The notes under the pieces: generated by a model
Told to the model about the DNA's origin: nothing
Database searches by the model: none
The model's input: the letters and a program-made list of their open reading frames with translations, nothing else
Origin: Aplysia californica
Taxonomy: Eukaryota
NCBI RefSeq assembly: GCF_000002075.1
Contig: NW_004798408.1
Coordinates: forward strand, 67,339-131,338
Reading direction: 5' to 3'
Length of the DNA: 64,000 nt
Shown: positions 33,467 through 46,100 of the stretch, one piece after another
Layout: each line of letters opens with the position of its first letter
Numbering within the stretch: position 1 is the stretch's first letter
Program-made: the position numbers and the translations under genes

Positions 33467-36400
33467 ACTTAACAACAATCTGTACTCACATACAATTTCA
33501 TCCACAAGACGCCCAAATTCAACACAAAACATACAGGGTATCAGAAAAAAAAACTCTGAGAAGATCATAGCATTATCCCTGAGGAACAGAAATATTTCCA
33601 AGGACTACGGAGAATAAACAAACAAGAAGAAAAAACAAATGACTGACTAGACTTGCCTCCAGGCACAAAGCTGATACATCTCAGCTGCTACTAGATTTAC
33701 AGCAAAACAAACTAGACATCATTTACAAAGGAATACAAGAAGCCGGACATTACAAGTGAAAAAACGTTTCCAAGCAGGAAATTCCCAGTTACAACTGAAC
33801 CCCTTAACGCCACAGAGATGTAGATAGACACTGTACAACAGATCACAAGCCCACCTTCAGCTCTCCGGGCCAAATTGTTCTTTTTTCTGTGGGCATCTCA
33901 CGTTTATGAGAATATATTTTTGCCGACGCGCATTATTCGTTCTTTCGGGGAGCATCTCAGGTTCACGAGCACATATTTTTGCAGACGGGCAGTATTCTTT
34001 CTGGCATACACTCTTTACAAGAGAACCATACCTTATCAAAAAATACAACAACCAAAAATCAAACATCTGTGAAAAAGGAGAAACAAAGATACAAAAGTGA
34101 ACTTTTCAAGGTTGCAGTATAAGAAAAACGGAAGAGAGCGTGAGCCTGATATTTCAGAAGAAAGATGATGATGATGACAAGCACGAGCGAGATGACTATT
34201 TCTGGCTCTCTGTCAATTTTGATCTGACAAACTAATTTTTTTCGGTGAAATTTCGAGCTTTATTAGACACAACAAAGTGGAGTACTTGGTTCCCCCTTTC
34301 ACACTTTTCACCCACGCAGCACGCAGAGCGCCCAACACTTATCCCGTCAGACTAGGATACAGGTGCCGTACATGTTATTTCCCGAGGGGAAAAGGTACGG
34401 CTTCTTAACAGTGCCAATTGGCGTCCCGTGGGGGCATGGTGTTAAAACACTGGGCCGAACGAGGAAATATTGTAAAAATTGCGAACAAATTCAACCCAAC
34501 TGAAATCTGAACTCAGATTGTCCACATGTCCGCTTGTCTTGCCAAGAAATGGGATACAGCAGTCTTTTTCTTTTTTAGTAGAGGGTTTTATGGCGCTGGC
34601 AACTACATAAGGTCATATGTACAGCAGTCTACTAGATGAAAGATCAACTCAAACAATTGATGAACCATTTTAACTGCACTAGACGTGTAAAAAGAAAAAA
34701 ACTAGCCATGTTTTAAGTAACACACATAAAGCTATACTACAACAAATTCTCCAATAGAAATGGTTATAAATCACAACAAGTCGTCAAATATCAAAATATA
34801 TCACAAATTACAGTATTTTAGGAAGATACTTGAAACAACACAAATCTTTTTGTTAAGAAATAACAAATATTTCAACAAACCAACCAAACAGAATCAGTAG
34901 ATCCCAAACATAACTTCCAACACAACATTTCCTTCTGGAATATCCAGTAACAAAACATAACGTCTGAATCAGTTACTCTCACATGATCAGACCAATTTGT
35001 TCGTCAACAACTCGGAACAATTTAACAGAATTTATGGCTCGCAACATTACAGCGGGCACTATTTAGTGCAGTAAAAAACCATTAGAACAAGAAATTTTAC
35101 CAAAGCTTTTCGCTTATCTCACGTGAGTTTTCAGAAACGATCTGGAATGTTTCGGGGAATAACATGTTCAAAAATAAAAAAGGTTTTCCTTTCAGATAGT
35201 TGAGCTAGTATTTACAGGAATGCCATACCATAATACGTATACAAAACACATCATAATACGTATACAAAACATACCATAATATGTATACAAAACATACCAT
35301 AATACGTATACAAAACAAATTAGAGACACATAATTAATTAAAAAAACAGAGTGAATCAGAAGCTGGAAAAAGATCATAAGAAAATGAGTCATCCATACAG
35401 ATTGAAAGATTTATACATTTGTGGCATTGTTCGCAGCCGTCAACAAAAAAAAAGCAGGCAGTCTACAAACTTTGGGCTTTCAGAATTTAGTACAAACCAT
35501 CGAAGAAAGGAATATTTTATCCAACGTGAATTTCTCAACCCTGCAGCAGTAACAATGTGCTTGACACAACCCTGCAACTTTACACATAAGCAAGAAGTAA
35601 AAACAACCATTATTTCCCCATGTATGTTCATAATTCTTATTATAAAGGGATTGCCGTAACAAAAAGAAATACAAAGCAGATATTTTAATCCAATCAAAGT
35701 ATTCAAAGATATCATATTAAAAAGCAAATAATATGAAACTTTCCATGTTATGAACAGGCTGCACAATAGGTCCAAACCTAAAAGTTTGAAAACACATCGG
35801 AGGAAAGAGAATCTTTTGTCTTAACAACAAATGATCTGATTATCTCCTGGGTAGCTGAAGGAATTGCTGCAGGGGAAAGAAGTCTAGCATCATCCATTTT
35901 CCATATATATAAAGACAAGCTCTGGATGCAGACTAAGACCAGATTCAGAACTGAAGCAAAGAGCATCCCTAGACACAGCGAACAACTCCCGGGAAAAAGA
36001 AAACTTAGCAGAAAAACTTCCTCAGATTCAATTTGATTACAATGCAGCCTGCATGAAACACGAAAAAAAGGAAAGATAAATACACAACAGCCTTTTGTGT
36101 CTCAACAAAAAATAAATAAATAATAACATAGTGTAGGCTTCAGACAAACAGGCGATAAAATGAAATTCAAAGTAATCAAAGAGGACAAAGAACAGGATAG
36201 TAATGATATTACAAAAATAAACAGTTACAAATATGTGACAATGGGGAAACAGCTCAGACTTGCTGCACAGTTTGGATGCAAAAGTCAGCTAGAGACGATA
36301 ATTGGGAATCAAAATGGTCTATAATATCGAACATAGTCTCATTTTGAGGCAAAGCAAGATCTGTGTATGATGCAGTTAACTAGCTAGTATACTTTAAATA

Positions 36401-39346
36401 TTCAGACTCACTGTAAACTTAAACAGACCTCAGCAGAAAACTAGCATCAGAAACAAGATTCATACAAAGTGGCCACCAAGCAAAAAGATGAAAATGAAGT
36501 AGGAACAGGAAAACAATAACGCTCTCATCACAAAGTGAACGTAACACAGAGACAAACATCACAACATTTGTAGCAGATACAGCGGAGTTCCCTTGAAGCA
36601 GACTCCAGTGTGTAGGACAGCGAGGTGTATGGGAGGAAATGAGACTGCTTTCAGAGACGGTTTCCCTTTCTTCAACAGTACAAGCAGACTCCAGTGTGTG
36701 CAGGAGAGCAAGGTATAAGGGAGGAAATATGTGGTTTCCCTTTCTTCAACAATACAATCCTGTGTTCCCAAACAATTACCGTGGGCTTCAGAATCCACCA
36801 ACAGTCCAATAGAAAGCATCAAAGTAAACCCCAGAAGATTCTATCTCTTTGTCCTCCTTGCTTACAGCCCAAAAAACACATAACATGATTCCCCATAACA
36901 ACATCTTGCCACAAATTATGGTCCAAAAAGCATTTTCCTCTTTTTTCCAATTATACAGAAGTCCTCATCAACGATTTTCTCACGTATTTTGTAAAATGAA
37001 ACATTTTTATATTTAATAATAATAATAGATAGCATTTGTATAGTGCAAATCTCCGCTCAACAGCAAGCTCTATGCGCTTCACAATCTATACTATTACCCC
37101 AGCAGACCTGAGAGCATTCTGAAACAACCACAACTTTCTGGGAAGCATACAGTGCAAGCAGCCATTTACAGGTGCTAAAACAAAAAAACAAAAACAAAAA
37201 ATAACTTAAACCTTTTCTCAAAGAATTTTCCATCAGAAAAGCCCATTTCAAGATCTCTTGTGTAAGACAAAATTCTGACCAGTTGTCAAACACATTTTGT
37301 GAACATCATTTCTGAGCATCAGACCCACACAGTTGTGACATGACGAGGCAAGAAAGGAAACATTTTGCCGACTCCTGTCTATTCTTAGCTCTTGATCATT
37401 CTTTTTCTGACTAAAAGTATAACAACTCTGTGTCTCTTCAAAAATGTAGAAAATGAGCCCTGCGGGAGTTTAGGGAGGAAGGAGAGAGAGCATGGGAGAG
37501 GTACAGGAAGACAGACAGGGAGGGACAGGGAGGGAAAGGGGAAGGGAGAGACAGAAAAGGGGTGGGTGGAGGGACAGGGAAGGGAAGGGAGGGAGGAGGG
37601 GCAGGGACCAAAGTATAAATCCTTCACGCACATTTCTGTAGCAAACTGCAACACTTTGAGATGAAATATGACAATATGACATCAATATCTACGTTATCGT
37701 ACAAGAACCGGTATCGTAAGGACTATGACTTGACTGATATTGCAGAGAACAGCAACAATAGTCAGCTTTGACAGAACTGATCCAATGATATGTGTTCGAC
37801 ACGGTGAGTAAGTACATTGTACATTCATATCCTCCTCCGACCAGTCACGACAATGACAAAACACTTGTCATCTAAAGCCAAACACAAACTACGAGGACTT
37901 TGGTGTTATTTTGCTCCTTTGAACCTACTCGGTAACATGAACCAGGCATTTTGCCGGAAAAACAAAAATGCTCGGAAGAAATTTGTGAGTACATGGAGCG
38001 AGTTAACAAACGGTCCAAATTGTCGGAGACAGCCACACATTGTTGAGGAGAACACTGGCTGAGCAAGACAGGTGGATGTCTTGCACAGCGTCTATGATGT
38101 GAAAAAACAGACGCGAGGGGGGAGGAGGGAGGGGGGGAGGGAGGAGGGGGAGATGGGAAGTGGCTGGTTATACAGGCGATTGTCTTAGACAGGTGGCCGT
38201 TAGAGCAAGTTGGACCATATTTGTAACGAAGTAAAGAGCTGACAATCTGTGATGTGCTCCGCTGTAAATCACACTCCTTGCGATAAACTCTTCACTGAAC
38301 AGGTATCTTGCATATATATGAAATGGCTTCATTTTCTCTACGATATATGGTACTCTTATACAAGATTGATTCATTTATTCCTAAAATGCATTTCAATGTC
38401 CTAAATTATTTAATTTATTCGCAAATTTAAAAAATCACTTTCATTTCCATTTCAAAGACTTCAAATTCATGAGATTCGCTTCAATGACCACTAGCAATGT
38501 ACAACAAGCAATATTTGAATAAGGAGAATGAGAAATCTGTACGGTACCTCACTTCGCATTGTGCAGAAAAATGCCTGGGACTATTTTTTTAATCTTTAGC
38601 GGCACGAAAGCTGTCCCCATTCTTACGTCTGCTTTTTCTCCATGAAAACTGCAAGCTCTCTTTCTCTCTCTTTACACACACACAAATACAGTCTCCCTCT
38701 TTCTCTCTCTCTCTCTCTCCAGACATAAATACAGACATCCCCCCCCTCTCTTTCCTAAACACACATAAACACTCACACACTAATTCACTTGTTCAAATCA
38801 CATTCACATACTCACTCTTTCTTTCCCTCTCTCACTCCTATATAAATACAAACACAAACATTCAAACACATCCATATTCCAGCTTTGTGAGTGTGTGTAG
38901 ATCTCTGACAAAGACAGAGTGAATGACAAAAACTAAAAAATTTGCCTTGTATTGCATGGAGTGAGCTAATGTAGGATGACAATTTAACATCAGTGAAAAG
39001 TTTTGTCGAAGGTTTCATGTGGACAATTTTACTGTTTTGATCTGTTAAAATATGATATGTTCATTATTCCAAGCTTGTTGGTAATATCTTCTTGTTCCCC
39101 TCCCTCCCCAGTAAAACATTGAAACCCCCCCCCCAAAAAAAAAGAAAACACAAAAAAACCTGTATCTCCCACCCCCCCCCCTTCCCCCACAAACACAAAT
39201 ATCAACTGGACCCCATTAAACAAAAAGCCAACAACAAATCTCCAATCAGAGCTAGACTTCATACAACAGACATTTTTCCTCACGTTGAGATCTTTCAATC
39301 TTTCACAGAGGCACCATACTCCATCTGTCTTCTGTGCTATACCATC

Positions 39347-40045
39347 ACAGCATCGTTATATCGGTGCTATGAAGGCACAGCATCGTTATATCGGTGCTAT
39401 GAGGGCACAACATCGTTATGTCGATACTATACAGTCACAACATCGTTATGTCGATACTATACAGTCACAACATCGTTATGTCGATACTATACAGTCACAG
39501 CATCGTTATGTCGATACTATACAGTCACAGCATCGTTATGTCGATACTATACAGTCACAGCATCGTTATGTCGATACTATACAGTCACAGCATCGTTATG
39601 TCGATACTATACAGTCACAGCATCGTTATATCGGTGCTATGAGGGCAGAGCATCGTTATGTCGATACTATACCGTCACAGCATCGTTATATCGGTACTAT
39701 GAAGGCACAACATCGTTATGTCGCAGTCACAGCATCATTACATCGGTACTTTACAGTCACAGCATCGTTATATCGGCACTATGCAAGCACAGCATCGTTT
39801 TATCGGTGTTATGCGGGCACAGCATCATTATATCGCAGTCACAGTATCGTTATATCGGATGTTGTAACTATGATATGTAGTCACAGCATCATTACATTTA
39901 TATCGGAACTATGCAGTCACAGCATCGTTATAGCATCGTTATGTCGCAGTCACAGCATCATTATAGCATGGTAATGTCGCAGTCACAGCATCACAGCATG
40001 GTAATGTCACAGTCACAGCATCACAGCATGGTAATGTCACAGTCC
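39347..40045. repeat. 30-bp minisatellite with degenerate flanks, starting at the HPS4 stop codon
   Basis: Unit CAGCATCGTTATGTCGATACTATACAGTCA. Confidence 0.95.
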
Positions 40046-40192
40046 CCTAGCAAGACCCGCGTGGCCTCCTGGTCCAGAACAAACGTCTTGTCCCCCGGCG
40101 TGCTGATCCCGGCACACGAGCGCGGCAGCCCCGTCTGGAAGAAAGTCTCCGAGCTGGCGTTACGGTGACCCAGGATGGAGGCGGAGTGGGAC
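40021..40192 (-). CDS. HPS4: HPS4 last coding exon
   Basis: SHSASILGHRNASSETFFQTGLPRSCAGISTPGDKTFVLDQEATRVLLGDCDITML*. Confidence 0.88.
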
Positions 40193-43100
40193 CTGTCACA
40201 TACACGGACAGGAAAACAGTCATAACTTGGAACATTTGTGTCACGTAGACTAAGTAAGGTTTGCACATTTTTTCAAAACTAAGATTATTTCTTTATTTTT
40301 AATAATAATAATAATAAATAGCATTTGTATAGCGCATATCCCCGCTCAACAGCAGGCTCTATGCGCTTTACACAATATTATTACCCCAGCAGACCACAGA
40401 ACACTCCGAAACATTCTCAGCTTCCCGGAAAGCATACAGTGCAAGCAGCTGATTAAGCGCTTAAACACAAACAGACAAGATCTTTCGCTGTCTATAGCCG
40501 GATACCCATTCCCACCTGAGTGGAGTGAGGAAAATTTGTGTAAAGTGCCTTTCCCAAGGACACAACGTCGGGCCCCTGGCGGGATTCGAACCTACGACCT
40601 TACGGTTGCGAGTCCGAGAGCCTTACCACTAGGCCACCGACGCCACAATGCGCCCTCATAAAACACCAGGATAAGCTATTTCAAAGACTAAGTGTTGATG
40701 TCTCTTGTTTTAGTAAGAGTTTTAAGGTACTTGCAACACAATAAGGTCATTTAAGTGACAAAGATTAGAGGTGTTACAAGAGAGTAACGATCACAAAAAA
40801 AAAGGAGGGAAGATAAAGACGATGGATGTCTGATAGGAGAGAAAAAGTAAACTGCACCAGAGCACCCGCCAACCACCCACAATTATTTCTTTATTTTTGC
40901 AGTGCCCCCTCGTAAAACACCAGGATAAGCTATTTCGAAGACAAAGTGTTGACGTCTCTAACAAGGAACCAGGTAAATAGATCTATGGAAAGATGAAGCA
41001 CTTCAGACTGCATTTTAAAAGACAAAGCATTAAAATCTCTGACAAGGCACCAGGCAACAGGCATATAAATCTAAGGACACAGATACAATGACACGTGACG
41101 ACTCATCCAAAGTGACACCATGGACACAGATACAAGATTTAGGTCATATCTCTTGTCAAGTCCAAATGGCTACAAGAACTTTTCAGCACGGGACATACCA
41201 TACCTAACTCACAAAGTTTTTAAAAAATCAATTTTTAGGAGAGCTAAATAATATTTGAAAACAAATATTCAGGAAGTTTAAGTGTGTTTGTCATAGGTTG
41301 TATCCGCATACTGCTTCTATAAGATGTATTTCTAAAAACAAATCGCAGATTCATATTCAGCAACACTTTTTCCTTACAAAGAAATTTGTTTCTTTTAGAA
41401 ATGGCAGTATTTGCAAACCAGGTCAAATTAAAGCAAGCGTACACTCAATCTAGCGCTACTCTGTGTCCCTGGGGATCCAAAACTATGCGCGGCGAAGCAC
41501 GAACTGACCCTGTGTGTGGCGTCGGTGGCCTAGTGGTTAGGCTCTCGGACTCGCAACCGTAAGGTCGTGGGTTCGAATCCTGCCAGGGGCCCGACGTTGT
41601 GTCCTTGGGAAAGGCACTTTGCACAAATTTTCCCCACTTCACCCAGGTGGGAATAGGTACCCGGCTATAGACAGTGAATGATCTTGTCAGTTTGAAAGTG
41701 TTTGAGCGCGTGAAATCCGCAGCTTGCACTGTATGCTTCCGCGGAAGCTGAGAATGTTTCTGAGTGTTCTCAGAGGGTCTGCTGGGGTAATAATAGTTGT
41801 AAAGCGCATAGAGCATGCTCTTGAGCATGGATATGCGCTATATAAATGCAATTATTATTTATTATTATAAGAATTCGACCACTTAATCTAGCGCTACTCT
41901 TTGTCCCTGGGGATCCAAAACTGCCCGGCGAAGAACGAACTGACCCTGAGTCACCAAGGGGACAATACGTCCACAAGGACTTACCGGAAAGTGACATCCT
42001 GAAGGTCTGGCATCTCCGTGAAGCTCTCGTGCATCTGTACACAGGAGTCGACGATCTCATTGGCTAGACTCGTCACTGGCTGTAAGGCTGAGCCTGGGAG
42101 AGGATGAAGAAAGTCTCAGAGTTTATTTCTTATAGCACAGACAGACGGCTTGAAGATATTTCTCTGAGTAACAAGATAGTCCAAATGTGTGCAATTTCTG
42201 AATTCTGAATGTTAACTCAACACTTTCACAGACTTTAAAATTAACTTTCTGTATTCTAGAACTCACAACAATATAAAAAAAAAATGTTCTTATATAATTA
42301 GAATATCTGGTGTGGTGAGAATGGTTATGAAATGTGTGGTTTTCTACATTCTGAAGTAAAGAAGAGAATGGCCCTACAAGACCACAAAGTTATCTGAACA
42401 AAGACTATTTAAAAAAAAAATTCCTCTGGGAACATTTTTTGGAGCTCAAAATAAGCCAACTTAATTAGGTTTTTTTAAGCTTTAAACGTTAAACAAACAG
42501 TCTCCTGTTTGTGAGACTGTCAACTGAATAGTCTCGAGCTTTTAAAAAAATTTTACAAGGCATTGGGGTTTCATTGTTTTAATTCAAAGGTACAGGATCA
42601 GTTGCTTGAGCCATCGTGCGAGTGTCTTCTGTTCTCAGCTGATCTGATAAATGGCAGGACTTTATAAACTGACTAAGACTAAAGCAACATTGTGGTGGGA
42701 ACTTTGCAGCAAGCACATAACAAAANNNNNNNNNNNNNNNNNNNNNNNNNNNNNNNNNNNNNNNNNNNNNNNNNNNNNNNNNNNNNNNNNNNNNNNNNNN
42801 NNNNNNNNNNNNNNNNNNNNNNNNNNNNNNNNNNNNNNNNNNNNNNNNNNNNNNNNNNNNNNNNNNNNNNNNNNNNNNNNNNNNNNNNNNNNNNNNNNNN
42901 NNNNGCAGAACAAAAAGCACCAGTGTAACACATGCGAGCACACAACCAGACATGTACAGCTTGCTCTGCCTTTATTGCATCTGTCCAGGCCTTGGAATAT
43001 CACAGGAGAAAACACGCACATTTGTTTTGCTTTGCGGTGGAATCAGGCGCTTGTCAATTTTTGGACAAATGGGGTTACTGGTGTCATCTTAAAGAATAGT

Positions 43101-46100
43101 CATTGGCCTTGCTTTTAGCGAAAAAAATATCCATCTATGTGGAATAGAAGTCGAGATATTTGAGATTGAAGGAGGTGTTGAATCAGTAAAACAAAATTAG
43201 GACAAAACTGCTAGACCGCCAGAAAACCGCCAGTTTCTTTCATCTCAACATTTTGACGAGCGCCTGATTTCACCACAATGCCTCACATTTGTTTTCTGAT
43301 CCGACATTGGTCCAAAAATAAAAAAAGAATCACAGAACTCAACACATAATACAATACAACCCATCTACCCAGGTAGAAGAGAGAGTAAGGGGTACGAAAA
43401 AGAAAAGGATGTCTAAACTTGTGTACACCAAAACATATATTTGTATGAATCATAAAACTAATGACTTGGAAAATATGAGTTGTTGTTTTATTTTACAAAA
43501 CAAAAATGACTTGGAAATTAAGATAAAAATTCTTTTTACAAAAGTAGAGGAATATTTTAGATCTGAAACAATACCAGCCCTTCTCTCAGCCTTAAATATT
43601 GTTGAAATATTTGGTATTTTAATTTTGTTTTTCAGTTTTTTTTCCCAGGGGGGGGTTGGAAGTTGTTTGTTTGTTGTTGTTTTTTTTGGGGGGGTTAACG
43701 ACACTTTTTACAAAAAGGACACATTCATGTTTTGTCAAAAACAGTGTCTGCCCCCCCCCAAAAAAAAAACAAAACCCCCAACAACCCCACCCTGGAAAGA
43801 GTTGTAATTTCAGGGTCATGTGCCATAATTTTCCCAACCAAATCTGAAACAACAATTTCCACTAAAATGGCATCTTGTGACGAGGACACAAAAATCTGAG
43901 ACAGGATTTCGTCCATGTGGGATAGACTCTGTTTAACAGACAATCACACGAAAGAAAAAAGCTCTTTTCAGCAACAACATGCTGAATGAGAGGTTGTACA
44001 AAAAAACACTGAATTTCCAAAGTAAATAGGAAATATAATGAATGTTGAGCAAAATACATCATTTACAGGCGACATTGAAATACATCAAAATGAGGTTGAC
44101 TGCAAGAGCTGGCACAATATTTCCCATTTTTCTAACAAATCAGTTCACTCTTATAATGTACTATTCAAATAAGAAGATAACATTCTTACACCCTTGCTCT
44201 TGTTTCGGGACTAAAAAGATGAAATTCTTTCTTTCGCACTATCCATGTACTATAAAGCAACATTGATTTGTCAAACATTTTCCATTTAGGCAGCCAATAT
44301 CTTTAAAAATTCTAAGGTCCTTTATTGCTGTATAGCTTAAAGGCTGTTGAAAAAAAAATATTTCATTTTATGTATTAATCCTCCATTTCCTTTAATTTGC
44401 TGTCATTCAGGAATTTCGTGTCTCATCAAAGCTTTGTCTTGAATATTAATATGTCACATGATCAGCAGCACTTTGTTCATCTTACTGGGTCAGAGAGAAG
44501 TTAGAGAACATTCCTGCAGGAGAGACAAATCTGACGGTTCATCTCACAGAAAAAAGGAAAAAAACAACAAAACAAAGACGATAAAACAAAACAACAATGC
44601 ACAATCAAAAACTCAACCATGGGTGAAAAAAAATGAGATAATGTCGTCTCACAAGAGGAACTAACTCCCAAATCAAAGCAACAGGATGCTTGATTTATCA
44701 AACGCCTGTTCCATGAAATCTTCAACTTGAGGGGGAAAAGGTTAAATGACAGAGGAATTGAAAATGAAAGAGAAACAAACAGAAACGGGATGAAAAGAAA
44801 AAGAAAGCAAAAAAAAAACAAAAAAACCACAACAAAAAAATAACCGAACAATATAAAACCAAACGAATAGAGCAGGTTGGTGGTCATAAGGTTCACAGAA
44901 CAAAGTATTAATTGATTCTCACAGGTAGAAATATGAAAGACACTAATAAAAGCGAACTTTTGATGATGAAATTAAAATTTAACCGAAACAAAAGAATGAG
45001 AGATAAAATTATAGACCTGAGCCTTCTGAGAGCATCAATATATCAATGTCTCTGAGTCTCTGAATCAAAATAATAAACTAGGACATCCTCACACCACAAA
45101 TTGTACAACTACTTTATACTTCAACAACAAACAACAAACAAACAGTCAAAGTGTGGTAATAACAAAAAGTCAGTTTTTAAAAAGATTAACTTTACCCTGT
45201 TCAGTAAGACCTGCCAGCTCAATAAGACCTGCCTGCTTCTCTGAACACAACAAAGACCCTGTCCAAATCAGCATAAAACGACAGTGTGTAGAAATTGCAC
45301 CCCCCCCCACCCCTACATTAAATGGCTGCTATTTCAGGACTTCTAGGTTGTCATTCATTCATACAAACTCGAGTAAGTACATATATATATATACGAGTAT
45401 ATCGCGTCCAAGACTAATCAATATCACAATGTTTTCCCCATGTTCTTTCTCATCCGTAATCTCAATGGACGTTCTTTTTCTTTCCATGTCCCTTCTGCTT
45501 GCAGCGTAAATGAATATTAGCATGAATACATTTTTTCCAAAATACTTTAAAAACTTTTGGTATATGGCAAAAATATCAAGTTCATCAAAATTAAGTAAAA
45601 TAAAATGCTTCTTAAGTAATTAACAGCAACTTCACATGAGAAGTAGCCACATGCTTGAAGAGTGGGATTCATATCAATGTACATTTATTAATATCCATGC
45701 AAACGTCATTCGTCATACAAAAAAAGTCTGTGTCCTCAAAACTTTGAAGCAGAACCTTGTCTGCTCTATAACTTAAAAATGTTTGGCTCTTGAAAAATGT
45801 ATGTAGTGGTGGGGATAACTGTCCACATATATCTTCTTGATTCTTGATACCACTTCACACTTCCATAGGGAACTGAACTTTAAAGAGATTTAAATCAACT
45901 TTATCAAAACCTGGGGTACTCCAGCAAGTTTTTGACGTCATTTCTAAGAATTTAAAAAAAAACCTTCATCGAAAAAACTATCCCTTCATCCTCTGTGAGA
46001 TTTATTCTTTGTAAGTCTCATCCGGCATCATCACCGAATTCATTTCAAGTTGACAACTAATCCAAACTTTGTTTCCTAAACTGTAAGTAGATCTACGTGT

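Noticed and set aside
39092-39974. 262-aa and 229-aa repetitive ORFs
   Set aside because: They are translations of the 30-bp minisatellite in the HPS4 3' region, with no protein-family signature.
41517-41590. tRNA-like sequences (also near 8880-8950, 30050-30122, 40575-40647, 56020-56094)
   Set aside because: They are SINE heads continuing into CORE or Meta-like domains and LINE-derived tails, not tRNA genes.
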